Positions 28,217-36,543 of a stretch of DNA of 64,000 nucleotides are shown piece by piece. Each line of letters opens with the position of its first letter. Position 1 is the stretch's first letter. The stretch is from Christensenellales bacterium (GTDB taxonomy: Bacteria > Bacillota > Clostridia > Christensenellales > CAG-138): positions 1,088,921-1,152,920 of the forward strand of contig JAXGNN010000001.1 in NCBI GenBank assembly GCA_040767925.1, in the 5' to 3' direction. The translations under genes and the position numbers were made by a program. The notes under the pieces were generated by a model that saw only the letters and a list, made by a program, of their open reading frames with translations, made no database searches and was not told where the DNA came from.

Positions 28217-28996
28217 CTAATACATCGGATTTCCGCCGCTCGTACAAATGACGTGGCCGGTGATGTAGTCCGCGGCTTCGCTGCACAGGAACGCCGCGGC
28301 GGCCGCCTGATCGTAGGGCGTGCCGATCCGGTACCACCTGTGCCCCTTAAGCTCGTCCTCTAGGGTGCGGCCTCCGTAGGTGAGCATTTCGGTCTGTGTG
28401 CTGCCCACAACCAGAGAATTGACGTTGATGCGGTAGGGCATGAGCTCGGAGGCAAGCTCGTATGCCAAGCTGAGCATGCCGTACTTGCTCGCGGCGTAAT
28501 GCGGATCCGCAAAATCCTTGCCCAACGCGGACGTGGAGCTGATCATGACGATCTTGCCCTTCTTTTTCCGGGTCATATACGGCAGGCACTCGTTGGTCAT
28601 ATAGTAGGTACCCGTGAGGTTCACATGCACGACGCGGTCCCATTCCTCGTAGGTCATCTTGTCAAACGTCCGCGTCCCGCCGAACGCCGCCGCGTTGTTG
28701 ACGAGGAAATCGATGTCTCCGAATGCTTCGATTGTTTTCATGACGAGGTTCCTGACATCGTCCAGCACGCCAATGTCGCAGCGCACGGCGATGGCGCTGC
28801 CGCCCTCCTCCACAATGCGCTGCGTGACGGATTGGATTTTATCCTCGCGTCTGCCGCAAAGAACGACGTTCGCACCAAGCTGTCCGAACAGGATGGCGAT
28901 CCCCTCGCCAATACCTGAGCCGGCACCGCTTATGACGGCAGTTTTTCCACGAAAGCCGAAATATGTTGCCATCGCGTCAATGGTGATCTGCCTCAC
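28217..28996 (-). CDS. SDR family oxidoreductase (tandem paralogue B)
   Basis: GTG start at 28996 preceded by GAGGGGGAG. It aligns residue-for-residue with paralogue A (VRQITIDAMATYFGFRGKTAVISGAGSGIG) and has the same 780-nt length. The track ORF extends to 29089. Confidence 0.8.
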   Translation of the reverse strand: MRQITIDAMATYFGFRGKTAVISGAGSGIGEGIAILFGQLGANVVLCGRREDKIQSVTQRIVEEGGSAIAVRCDIGVLDDVRNLVMKTIEAFGDIDFLVNNAAAFGGTRTFDKMTYEEWDRVVHVNLTGTYYMTNECLPYMTRKKKGKIVMISSTSALGKDFADPHYAASKYGMLSLAYELASELMPYRINVNSLVVGSTQTEMLTYGGRTLEDELKGHRWYRIGTPYDQAAAAAFLCSEAADYITGHVICTSGGNPMY

Positions 28997-29072
28997 GCTG
29001 CTCTCCCCCTCATTTACCGCATTTGTGTTATGTACTTGGTCCGCTTGATGGAGCTTCGTTGTGAAACCGATG

Positions 29073-29089
29073 ATGTTGTAATACAACAT
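29073..29089. promoter_or_regulatory. 17-nt perfect palindrome upstream of SDR paralogue B, candidate operator
   Basis: ATGTTGTA-A-TACAACAT. It shares the 9-mer TTGTAATAC with the minus-strand reading of 18510-18526. Confidence 0.3.
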
Positions 29090-29282
29090 TTAACATACGA
29101 ATCTTGTTTTGTCAACGGAGTTTCTTCTTTTCGTATCCTCCGGGCATTCGCGTTTTCCGTGATTTCTTGCGTCGATGATCAATTGATTTCTCATGAAAAG
29201 ATTTCGCCATCAGCCTTATGAACGGTTGGAGAGCATCACTCTGTCAATTCGGAAAGTTTAATTAAGCATACAACTTATGGGA

Positions 29283-30056
29283 TTATTTCGGCAGGTACCC
29301 AAGCTCTTGGCTGATGCTCCGTTGCGTAGCGAGGATCGTTTCCGCGAGGGCCTCCACGCGCTCGTCCGGCAGGCGCGAAACCGGCGCGGAAATGCTGAAC
29401 GCCGCAGAGCATTGCCGCGAATAGTCATGGATTGCGGCGCCGATGCAGCGCACGCCGCACTCGTTTTCCTCGTTATCCAACGCGTAGCCACGCAGCCGGA
29501 TGGCGGCGAGCTCCTCCCGGAGCGGCTCGAGCGCGACGATGGTGTTTTCCGTATAGGCACGGATTTCGCTTTCCTTCCAGATCTGCGCGACTTCGCCGTC
29601 GGTAAGCGTGGCCAGGATGCTCTTGCCCGTCGCAGTACAGTAGAGAGGCCGGCGCATCCCGGCGTATGAAGCCATGCGGATGCCCATATGCGTACACTCC
29701 GCCTTGTAAAGATAAATAATGCTGTTCCCGTCGCGCAAAACAAGGTGCACCGTTTCATCCGTCAGATCTCGCAAGTAGTCGAGATGGGGCCTCGCGACGG
29801 CCCAAATATCCATATCCTCCACAACGCGGCCGGCGATGTTGTACAGCTTCATTGTGAGTTGATAGCACTGCGTAGCCTGGTTTTTGCGGATATACCCGAG
29901 ATTTCCGAGAGTGAGGAGTAAGCGGTGGACGGAGCTTTTGTGCAGTCCGGTTGCCTCTGAAAGCTCCACCAGGTGCATGCCCGCGGATTTTTGAGACAGC
30001 AGCTCCAGCAAGTTGAGCGCGCGCTCGATGGATTGAACCGTACTTTTCTGTTCCAT
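29283..30056 (-). CDS. IclR family transcriptional regulator (KdgR-like)
   Basis: MEQKSTVQSIERALNLLELL...HLVELSEATGLHKSSVHRLL HTH plus an IclR effector domain. An alternative upstream start lies at 30101. Confidence 0.8.
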   Translation of the reverse strand: MEQKSTVQSIERALNLLELLSQKSAGMHLVELSEATGLHKSSVHRLLLTLGNLGYIRKNQATQCYQLTMKLYNIAGRVVEDMDIWAVARPHLDYLRDLTDETVHLVLRDGNSIIYLYKAECTHMGIRMASYAGMRRPLYCTATGKSILATLTDGEVAQIWKESEIRAYTENTIVALEPLREELAAIRLRGYALDNEENECGVRCIGAAIHDYSRQCSAAFSISAPVSRLPDERVEALAETILATQRSISQELGYLPK

Positions 30057-30134
30057 ATAGATAGGCTCCCTTGCCGGCCGCAGGGCCGACGATCGTTCCA
30101 TTCGCGATTTTTATGTTAGCAGCAAAATAATCGT

Positions 30135-30162
30135 TTGCAAGTTTCCCGGAAATTTGTATAAT
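30135..30162 (+). promoter_or_regulatory. promoter candidate for kdgK
   Basis: TTGCAA 30135-30140, 16-nt spacer, TATAAT 30157-30162. Confidence 0.45.
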
Positions 30163-30177
30163 ATGATTGCGATTAAT

Positions 30178-30190
30178 GAAACCCGGTTTC
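30178..30190. promoter_or_regulatory. KdgR-box-like palindrome
   Basis: GAAACC-C-GGTTTC is a perfect palindrome within TTAATGAAACCCGGTTTCGCATT. It resembles the enterobacterial KdgR box AATGAAAC..GTTTCATT and lies just downstream of the -10. Confidence 0.45.
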
Positions 30191-30245
30191 GCATTGCGGT
30201 ACTAATAGCATATCACCAATACAACTTCCACGCAAGGGGATGTTT

Positions 30246-31268
30246 ATGAAAAAAGTCGTTGCATTCGGCGAAATTATGCTGCGCCTGGCGCCGGAAGGCT
30301 ACCACCGCTTTTTGCAGGCACAGACCTTCGAGGTTGCCTTTGGCGGAAGCGAGGCGAACGTCGCCATGTCGCTTGCGAACTATGGCGTGAACGCGGCATT
30401 CGTAACCAAGCTGCCCGAGCATGAAATCGGTCAGGCCGCAATCAACAAGCTGCGCCAATACGGCGTGAATACCTCCGAGATCGTGCGCGGTGGCAGACGC
30501 ATCGGCGTATATTATCTAGAAAAGGGCGCGGCGCAACGCCCTTCGAAGGTGATTTACGACCGCGTCGGATCTGCGATCGCCGCGGCCGGGCGCGAGGAAT
30601 TCGATTGGGAAAAGATTTTATCGGATGCGGACTGGTTCCATTTCACCGGCATCACGCCGGCGTTGAGCAAAAACGTTGCGAAACTGTGTATGGATGCCTG
30701 CAAGGCAGCCAAGGCAAAAGGCATCCCTGTCTCCTGCGATCTCAACTATCGCCAAAATCTATGGACGCGCGAGCAGGCGCGCAGTGTTATGACCGCACTT
30801 GCGCCTTATATCGACGTGTGCATCGCCAACGAAGAGGACGCTAAGGATGTGTTCGGCATCGAAGCGGCCGATAGCGACATTGGCTATGGCAGATTGAGTT
30901 ACGCCGGGTATCGGGACGTGGCCAAGCAACTGACGGAGCGCTTTGGCTTTTCCAGAGTGGCTATCACGCTGCGCGTTTCGCTTTCCGCTAGCGATAACGA
31001 ATGGAGCGCCATGCTTTGCGAAGGCGGAGAATACTATTTTTCCCGTAAATACCAGATCCACATCGTCGATCGCGTCGGCGCGGGGGACAGCTTTGCCGCA
31101 GGCTTGATCTATGGCTTGATCAACGGGTTTGACGCGCAGAACGCCATCGATTTCGCGGCCGCGGCCTCCTGCCTGAAGCATAGCATCGAGGGCGACTTCA
31201 ATATGGTATCTGTCGAGGAGGTCGAAAAGCTTATAGCCGGGGATAGTTCCGGGCGCGTGCAGCGTTAG
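30246..31268 (+). CDS. kdgK: 2-dehydro-3-deoxygluconokinase (PfkB family)
   Basis: MKKVVAFGEIMLRLAPEGYHRFLQAQTFEVAFGGSEANVA is the classic KdgK N-terminus, and GAGDSFAAG is present. The RBS AAGGGGA favours the ATG at 30246 over 30240. Confidence 0.9.
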   Translation: MKKVVAFGEIMLRLAPEGYHRFLQAQTFEVAFGGSEANVAMSLANYGVNAAFVTKLPEHEIGQAAINKLRQYGVNTSEIVRGGRRIGVYYLEKGAAQRPSKVIYDRVGSAIAAAGREEFDWEKILSDADWFHFTGITPALSKNVAKLCMDACKAAKAKGIPVSCDLNYRQNLWTREQARSVMTALAPYIDVCIANEEDAKDVFGIEAADSDIGYGRLSYAGYRDVAKQLTERFGFSRVAITLRVSLSASDNEWSAMLCEGGEYYFSRKYQIHIVDRVGAGDSFAAGLIYGLINGFDAQNAIDFAAAASCLKHSIEGDFNMVSVEEVEKLIAGDSSGRVQR

Positions 31269-31277
31269 GTGACCCGT

Positions 31278-32234
31278 ATGAAGGGAAAAACGACGCAGGT
31301 TCTGATTACACCGCGCTCCTTCGGCTCCACAGATCCGGCCGTCTTCAACATGTTGGAGGATGCGGGCTTTTCCATCGCGTGCAATGATACAGGCAAGGTG
31401 TTCGACAAAGCCACGATGATCAAGAAACTCGCCGACTGCGAGGGCGTGATCTTGGGGGTCGATCCCATGGATGCGGATGTCATCGGCGCAGCGCCGAAGC
31501 TCAAGGCGATCTCGCGCTACGGCGTAGGCTTGGATAACGTCGATTTAGAGGCGGCCGCACGGCATGGGATCCGGGTTTCCCATGCCGCTGGGGCGAACAG
31601 CGAGGCCGTAGCGGACTACGCGTTCGCGCTGATGCTCGCCGTCGCCCGCAGAGTTCCGTTTATCGACCGAAACTGCCGTGCGGGGAAGTGGATGAAGCTT
31701 GTCAGCGTAGATGTGAACCACGCCAAACTGGGAATATTGGGCCTTGGAGCGATCGGCAGGCAGGTCGCCAAGCGCGCGCGGGGCTTCGACATGGACGTGA
31801 TAGCGTATGATCTGATCTGGGATGAAGCTTTCGCGCAGGCGAACGGCGTCAAGCGTGCTTTGCCGGAGGAAATCTACCGGACGTGCGATTTTATCTCGAT
31901 GCACCTCCCCCTCACGAATGAAACGAAGAATTTCATCGGCGCCGCACAGATTGCTATGATGAAGCCGAACGCGATCCTCATCAATACGGCACGCGGCGGC
32001 CTGATCGACGAGGAAGCCCTCCTTGTCGCTTTGCGGGACGGCCGGATCTACGGTGCAGGAATCGATACGTTTTCGCACGAGCCGCCTAACGACGCATGGT
32101 ATGGCCCCAATAACGTAGTGATCGGTTCCCACTGTTCCTCATCCACCATATGCGCGGAGCGTAACATGAGTTGGGCCGCAGCGCGCAACCTCATCAAGGA
32201 TCTGCGCGGAGGCGAAATCGGAGCGCGCCGGTGA
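31278..32234 (+). CDS. D-isomer-specific 2-hydroxyacid dehydrogenase (phosphoglycerate dehydrogenase-like)
   Basis: GILGLGAIGRQVAKRA NAD motif with the catalytic R/E/H pattern. A GTG at 31269 is an alternative start. Confidence 0.8.
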   Translation: MKGKTTQVLITPRSFGSTDPAVFNMLEDAGFSIACNDTGKVFDKATMIKKLADCEGVILGVDPMDADVIGAAPKLKAISRYGVGLDNVDLEAAARHGIRVSHAAGANSEAVADYAFALMLAVARRVPFIDRNCRAGKWMKLVSVDVNHAKLGILGLGAIGRQVAKRARGFDMDVIAYDLIWDEAFAQANGVKRALPEEIYRTCDFISMHLPLTNETKNFIGAAQIAMMKPNAILINTARGGLIDEEALLVALRDGRIYGAGIDTFSHEPPNDAWYGPNNVVIGSHCSSSTICAERNMSWAAARNLIKDLRGGEIGARR

Positions 32235-32394
32235 TTTTTCCTCTATTGGGCGGCTGTCCCGAAAGGTTGTGGGCAGGCTGTGATAAACGCTTTCGGCAAA
32301 GAGCGTACCTGCAAAACGTTGAAAACGCCATCCCGGAACGAAGGCGTTTCGGGATCTTTTCGGGCTGACAATCCGCGCCTTTGAGCGGCACTTT

Positions 32395-32739
32395 TTACAC
32401 GTTGCCCGCTCGCTCGGGATCCAGTCCGGCAGTAATGATCTCTCGCGCCGTGTTATTCAGATGCTCAAGCATATATCGCTGGGCAGTTTCCGCATCGCGC
32501 ATCTCGATTGCGGTCAGAATCTTTTTATGGTACTCTGTTCCCTTCTTTCCCATATAGGAAACGTTGTCATCGAATAGCCTCAAGTAGGATTCCCCGAGAA
32601 TTTCGTACACGCTTTGGATGAAGGGGTTCTGCGTCGCCTCGGCGATCAGCCAATGAAACTGATAATCCGCCGCCGCGATTTCCCCGGCATCCTGCGCATT
32701 GTCCATGTCGAATATACTCTCAGCCAAAACCGGCGGCAA
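32395..32739 (-). pseudogene. GntR-family regulator fragment (C-terminal FCD domain half only)
   Basis: ..DYQFHWLIAEATQNPFIQSVY...HKKILTAIEMRDAETAQRYMLEHL. There is no winged-HTH N-terminus, and the 5' end overlaps the next fragment. Confidence 0.5.
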
Positions 32740-32941
32740 CCTCTACGAGACCGCCATCAGCTACGTCTGCAAAAACGGCCAGCTCAAGGACACGGCGAGC
32801 GATCTTTTCCAGCACATCAACACCATCCGCTATCGCATCAATAAAATGAAGAGCCTGCTGCACTACAAGGATTCCGATTACGTCTTCTACGCGGACATCT
32901 CGCTTGCGGTGCGGATCCACCTGCTCCAGCAGATTCCATAA
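32699..32941 (+). pseudogene. PucR/CdaR-family regulator fragment (C-terminal HTH only)
   Basis: LYETAISYVCKNGQLKDTASDLFQHINTIRYRINKMKSLL matches the PucR C-terminal HTH. Only about 80 codons are present. Confidence 0.5.
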
Positions 32942-33179
32942 ATTTCACCCGGCCGCGGCGTTTGTAAATTGTCTAAATGCCCGGCTGCATATTTGGAGCA
33001 TCCACAGCCCATCCAATGATAAAATCAATGTACCGGCCGACCCTGTGCGGCGCCCGCACGGATGGCGGCCGGCACTTCCTTTCTGGACGGCGTTGCGGGC
33101 GCAATGCGCGTCCAATCTTAAAAATCGCGCAAACGGCACGCAGTTTGAACCATGACTCTATATTTTGGGGAGGAAATCC

Positions 33180-34640
33180 ATGTATACCAACCAGGTATTC
33201 AATCAGACGTTCCATTTCAGCTTCGCAAGCAAAGACCAGCTTTACCGGCTGCACAACGCCTCTCTGGAAATCCTGGAGCGCGTCGGCGTCGTCGTCTACG
33301 AGCCGGAGGCGCTCAGGCTCTTCCGGGAGGGCGGCGCCTATGTGAAGGAGAATCTGGTGCGCATCCCGGCCCACATGGTGGAGGAGGCCATCCGCAGCGC
33401 CCCCAGCCGCATCGCAGTCGCCTCCCCTTCCGGGAAGAGGACGATGTTCCTCGAGCGCAACAACGTCTATTTCGGCACGGGCACCGACCTGCCCATGCAC
33501 AGGGATATCAACACCCTCGAGGTGCGCCCCGCGGTATACGCCGACCTTGAGAACTCCGCCAAAGTCATCGCGGAGTGCGAGCATTTCAGCTTCATCGCCA
33601 ACAACGGCCTCGCCAGCGACGTTTCGCAGGAGCTGCACGACTTGTTCAGCCTGAAGGCGATGCGCTCCTATTGCGACAAGCCCAACCTCGTGACGGCGAC
33701 GGGCTACGGCAACCTGAAGGCCATGATCGACATCTGCGCGGAGCTTGCCGGCGGCTACGAGGAACTGCGCCGCAACCCCACGATGCTTCTCTACAACGAG
33801 CCGGTTTCCCCGCTGATGAACAGCACGGAGGCCATCCAGAAACTGCTCTTGTGCGCCGAGTACGGCATCCCCACCACGTATGCCGCGGGCGGCGTTTCGG
33901 GCGGCACGTCGCCCGTCACCCTCTCGGGCAGCTTCGTGCAGGGGAACGCCGAAGGCCTTGCCGGGCTCGTGCTGCACCAGCTTAAAAAGAAGGGCGCGCC
34001 CTTTATCTACGGCTATGTTTACGGCGCCATGGACATGCGCACCACCACCAACATCTACGGCGGCCCGGAGCTCGGGATGATGCACGCGCTCGTCGCCGAA
34101 ATGGGCAAGTTCTACGATTTACCCGTATACGGCACGGCCGGCTGCACCGACGCGCTTCGCGTGGACGCGCAGGCGGGGCTCGACGCGGGCTACAGCGTCC
34201 TCTGCGCGCTGCTGAGCGGGCAGAACCTCGTGCACGACTGCGGCTACACCGGCTCGGGGCTGGTGGGCAACCTCGAAATGACGCTGTTCGTCGACGAGAC
34301 GATCGGCTACATGAAGCGCTTCGTCAAGGGCGTCCAGTATGACGACGAGTCGCTCGCGCTCGATTTGATCGAATCCGTCGGCCCGGGCGGGGATTTCGTC
34401 TCGCAGAAGCACACCTTCTCCCATTTCCGCGAGGAGCTGTTCTATCCCAAATACATGAACCGCAAGCAGTACGCCGCCTGGCACGAGGAGGGGCGCCCGA
34501 GCCCCGAGGATAAGCTCAACAAAAAGGCGCGGACGATCCTCGCAAAAGACCACGCGGTGCTTTTGAGCGAAGCGCAGCTCAAAGTTTTCAACGAAATCAT
34601 CGCCGGGCGTCAAAAGGCGCTCGAGCTTGGGAACAAATAA
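33180..34640 (+). CDS. MttB-superfamily (trimethylamine methyltransferase family) corrinoid-dependent methyltransferase, non-pyrrolysine type
   Basis: MYTNQVFNQ..LHNASLEILERVGVVVYEPEALRLFREGGAYV is an MttB-family N-terminus. The ORF is uninterrupted with no in-frame TAG. GGAGG lies 6 nt before the ATG at 33180, and the track start at 33165 is TTG. Confidence 0.85.
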   Translation: MYTNQVFNQTFHFSFASKDQLYRLHNASLEILERVGVVVYEPEALRLFREGGAYVKENLVRIPAHMVEEAIRSAPSRIAVASPSGKRTMFLERNNVYFGTGTDLPMHRDINTLEVRPAVYADLENSAKVIAECEHFSFIANNGLASDVSQELHDLFSLKAMRSYCDKPNLVTATGYGNLKAMIDICAELAGGYEELRRNPTMLLYNEPVSPLMNSTEAIQKLLLCAEYGIPTTYAAGGVSGGTSPVTLSGSFVQGNAEGLAGLVLHQLKKKGAPFIYGYVYGAMDMRTTTNIYGGPELGMMHALVAEMGKFYDLPVYGTAGCTDALRVDAQAGLDAGYSVLCALLSGQNLVHDCGYTGSGLVGNLEMTLFVDETIGYMKRFVKGVQYDDESLALDLIESVGPGGDFVSQKHTFSHFREELFYPKYMNRKQYAAWHEEGRPSPEDKLNKKARTILAKDHAVLLSEAQLKVFNEIIAGRQKALELGNK

Positions 34641-34657
34641 TTAAGGAGGCTACATTC

Positions 34658-35290
34658 ATGAGTGAACTTTTCCGTAAAATGGCCGAGGCCGTCATCGACG
34701 GCGACGAATCGTCCGTCGCCAGCTATGTTGCGCAGGCGCTGGCCCAGGCCGTACCGGCTGAGGAGATATTGAACTCCGGCCTCATGAAGGGCATGGACCA
34801 GGTGGCCGTCTACTTCGGCGCGGGCGAGTTCTTCGTGCCCGAGGTGCTCATGTCGGCCAAGGCCATGCAGGCGGGCAACAGCCTGTTGAAGCCCTATCTC
34901 ATGAGGGACGGCGCGAGCCGGAAGGGCAAGGTCATCATCGGGACCGTCGAGGGCGACCTGCACGACATCGGCAAGAAGATCGTCGCCATGATGCTCGAGG
35001 GAGACGGCTTCAACGTGATCGACCTCGGCATAAACGTCACGACAGAGGCTTTCATGGAGGCCATTGAAAAAGAGCAGCCGCAGATACTGGGCATGTCCGC
35101 CATGCTGACCACTACCATGACCGCCATGCAGAGCGTCGTCGAGCGGCTCGCGCAGCTGGGCTACGGCGACAAGGTCAAGGTGATGGTGGGCGGCGCCCCG
35201 CTTTCGGAAGCCTTCGCCCAGAAGATCGGCGCGCACTACTCCCACGACGCCACCTCGGCCATCGCCCTCGCCAACCGCCTGATCGGCTGA
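34658..35290 (+). CDS. cobalamin-binding corrinoid protein (MtbC/MtgC-like)
   Basis: 210 aa. B12-binding DxHxxG motif GDLHDIGKKIV. Confidence 0.9.
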   Translation: MSELFRKMAEAVIDGDESSVASYVAQALAQAVPAEEILNSGLMKGMDQVAVYFGAGEFFVPEVLMSAKAMQAGNSLLKPYLMRDGASRKGKVIIGTVEGDLHDIGKKIVAMMLEGDGFNVIDLGINVTTEAFMEAIEKEQPQILGMSAMLTTTMTAMQSVVERLAQLGYGDKVKVMVGGAPLSEAFAQKIGAHYSHDATSAIALANRLIG

Positions 35291-35333
35291 AAAATCCGCA
35301 TCCTACATTCCATTGCTGAAGGAGGCATTGCGC

Positions 35334-36344
35334 ATGAGCACGAATCCATGGATCCTCGATGTCATCGGAACCCAGAAGAAGAAAGCCTTCCCGATCCTCT
35401 CTTTCCCGTCCGTCCACCTGATGAACGTTTCGGTCGCGAAGCTTCTGAGCAGCAGCGAGCTTCAGGCTGAGGGCATGAAAGCCGTGGCCGAGCGTTGCGC
35501 CTCGCTCGCGAGCGTGAGCATGATGGACCTTTCCATCGAGGCGGAAGCGTTCGGCGCGCGGCTCAACGCCTCCGAAAACGAGGTGCCGACCATCGTGGGC
35601 GTCACCGTCGCGGACGAGGAGCAGGCGGCGGCGCTGCGCATCCCCGCGGTCGGCGAAGGCCGCACGGGCCGCAGCATCGACGCGGTCACAAAAGCGTGCA
35701 AGCTCATCACCGACAGGCCGGTGTTCGCCGGCGTGATCGGGCCCTTTTCGCTCGCGGGCAGGCTCGCGGACGTCGGGGAGATCATGATGCACTGCTTCCG
35801 CAAGCCCGAAATGGTGCATTGCCTCATGGAGAAGACGACGGATTTCCTGATCCGGTACATCAACGCGTATAAGGACACCGGCGCGAGCGGCGTGGTCCTC
35901 GCGGAGCCGCTCACGGGGCTGCTTTCGCCGCGGCTCGCCGTGAAGTTCTCGGAGCCGTACGTCCAGAAGCTCGTCGCCGCGACGAAAGCGGACGACTTCG
36001 TCTTCCTCTATCACAACTGCGGCAACAGCACCTACCACATGATCGATTCCATCCTGCGCGTGGACGCGGACGCCTACCATTTCGGCAACGCCGTAAAAAT
36101 GGAGGACATGCTCGCGAAGATGCCCCCGGACGTGCTGGGCCTGGGCAACATCGACCCCGCCTCGCAGTTCTGCTTCGGCACGCCCGAATCCATGAAGGTT
36201 GAGACGAAGCGCGTGATGGAAGCCTGCTGCAAGTATCCGAACTACGTCGTCTCCTCGGGATGCGATATTCCGAGCGGCTCGAGCTGGGACAATATCGACG
36301 CGTTCTTCGAGGCGGTCGAGGAGTTTTACGCGGAAAAGACGTAA
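35334..36344 (+). CDS. uroporphyrinogen decarboxylase (URO-D)/MtaA-MtbA family methylcobamide methyltransferase
   Basis: About 336 aa with a URO-D-family pattern. GAAGGAGG lies 8 nt before the ATG at 35334. It is the third gene of the methyltransferase trio. Confidence 0.7.
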   Translation: MSTNPWILDVIGTQKKKAFPILSFPSVHLMNVSVAKLLSSSELQAEGMKAVAERCASLASVSMMDLSIEAEAFGARLNASENEVPTIVGVTVADEEQAAALRIPAVGEGRTGRSIDAVTKACKLITDRPVFAGVIGPFSLAGRLADVGEIMMHCFRKPEMVHCLMEKTTDFLIRYINAYKDTGASGVVLAEPLTGLLSPRLAVKFSEPYVQKLVAATKADDFVFLYHNCGNSTYHMIDSILRVDADAYHFGNAVKMEDMLAKMPPDVLGLGNIDPASQFCFGTPESMKVETKRVMEACCKYPNYVVSSGCDIPSGSSWDNIDAFFEAVEEFYAEKT

Positions 36345-36391
36345 TGTCCAGCCGGCCGAAAGGTTTGCCGCAAAGTTTTACCTATGAACAG

Positions 36392-36424
36392 AGGCCGATT
36401 GCAGGAAGCAGTCGGCCTTTTTCT
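36392..36424 (+). terminator. intrinsic terminator of the methyltransferase operon
   Basis: AGGCCGATTGC (36392-36402) pairs with GCAGTCGGCCT (36408-36418) with one G-U pair, then TTTTTCTG. Confidence 0.6.
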
Positions 36425-36543
36425 GCGCGGGAATGCAGCTTGGCGCGTTTGAGCATGGCGGACGGGCAATACTAGAACCGATCGCGGCGCGGGCGGCAAA
36501 CGCCGCCGCGCGAGGAAGGGTAAAATCCAAAACGGCGGAAGCA

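Noticed and set aside
29087-29115. Possible minus-strand promoter for the SDR/Liv operon: TTGACA, 17 nt, TAAATG.
   Set aside because: The -10 hexamer lacks the invariant final T, so it is too weak to call.
33180-34640. Possible pyrrolysine (in-frame TAG) in the MttB homologue.
   Set aside because: The ORF is continuous with no internal amber codon, and no pyl genes are in the window.
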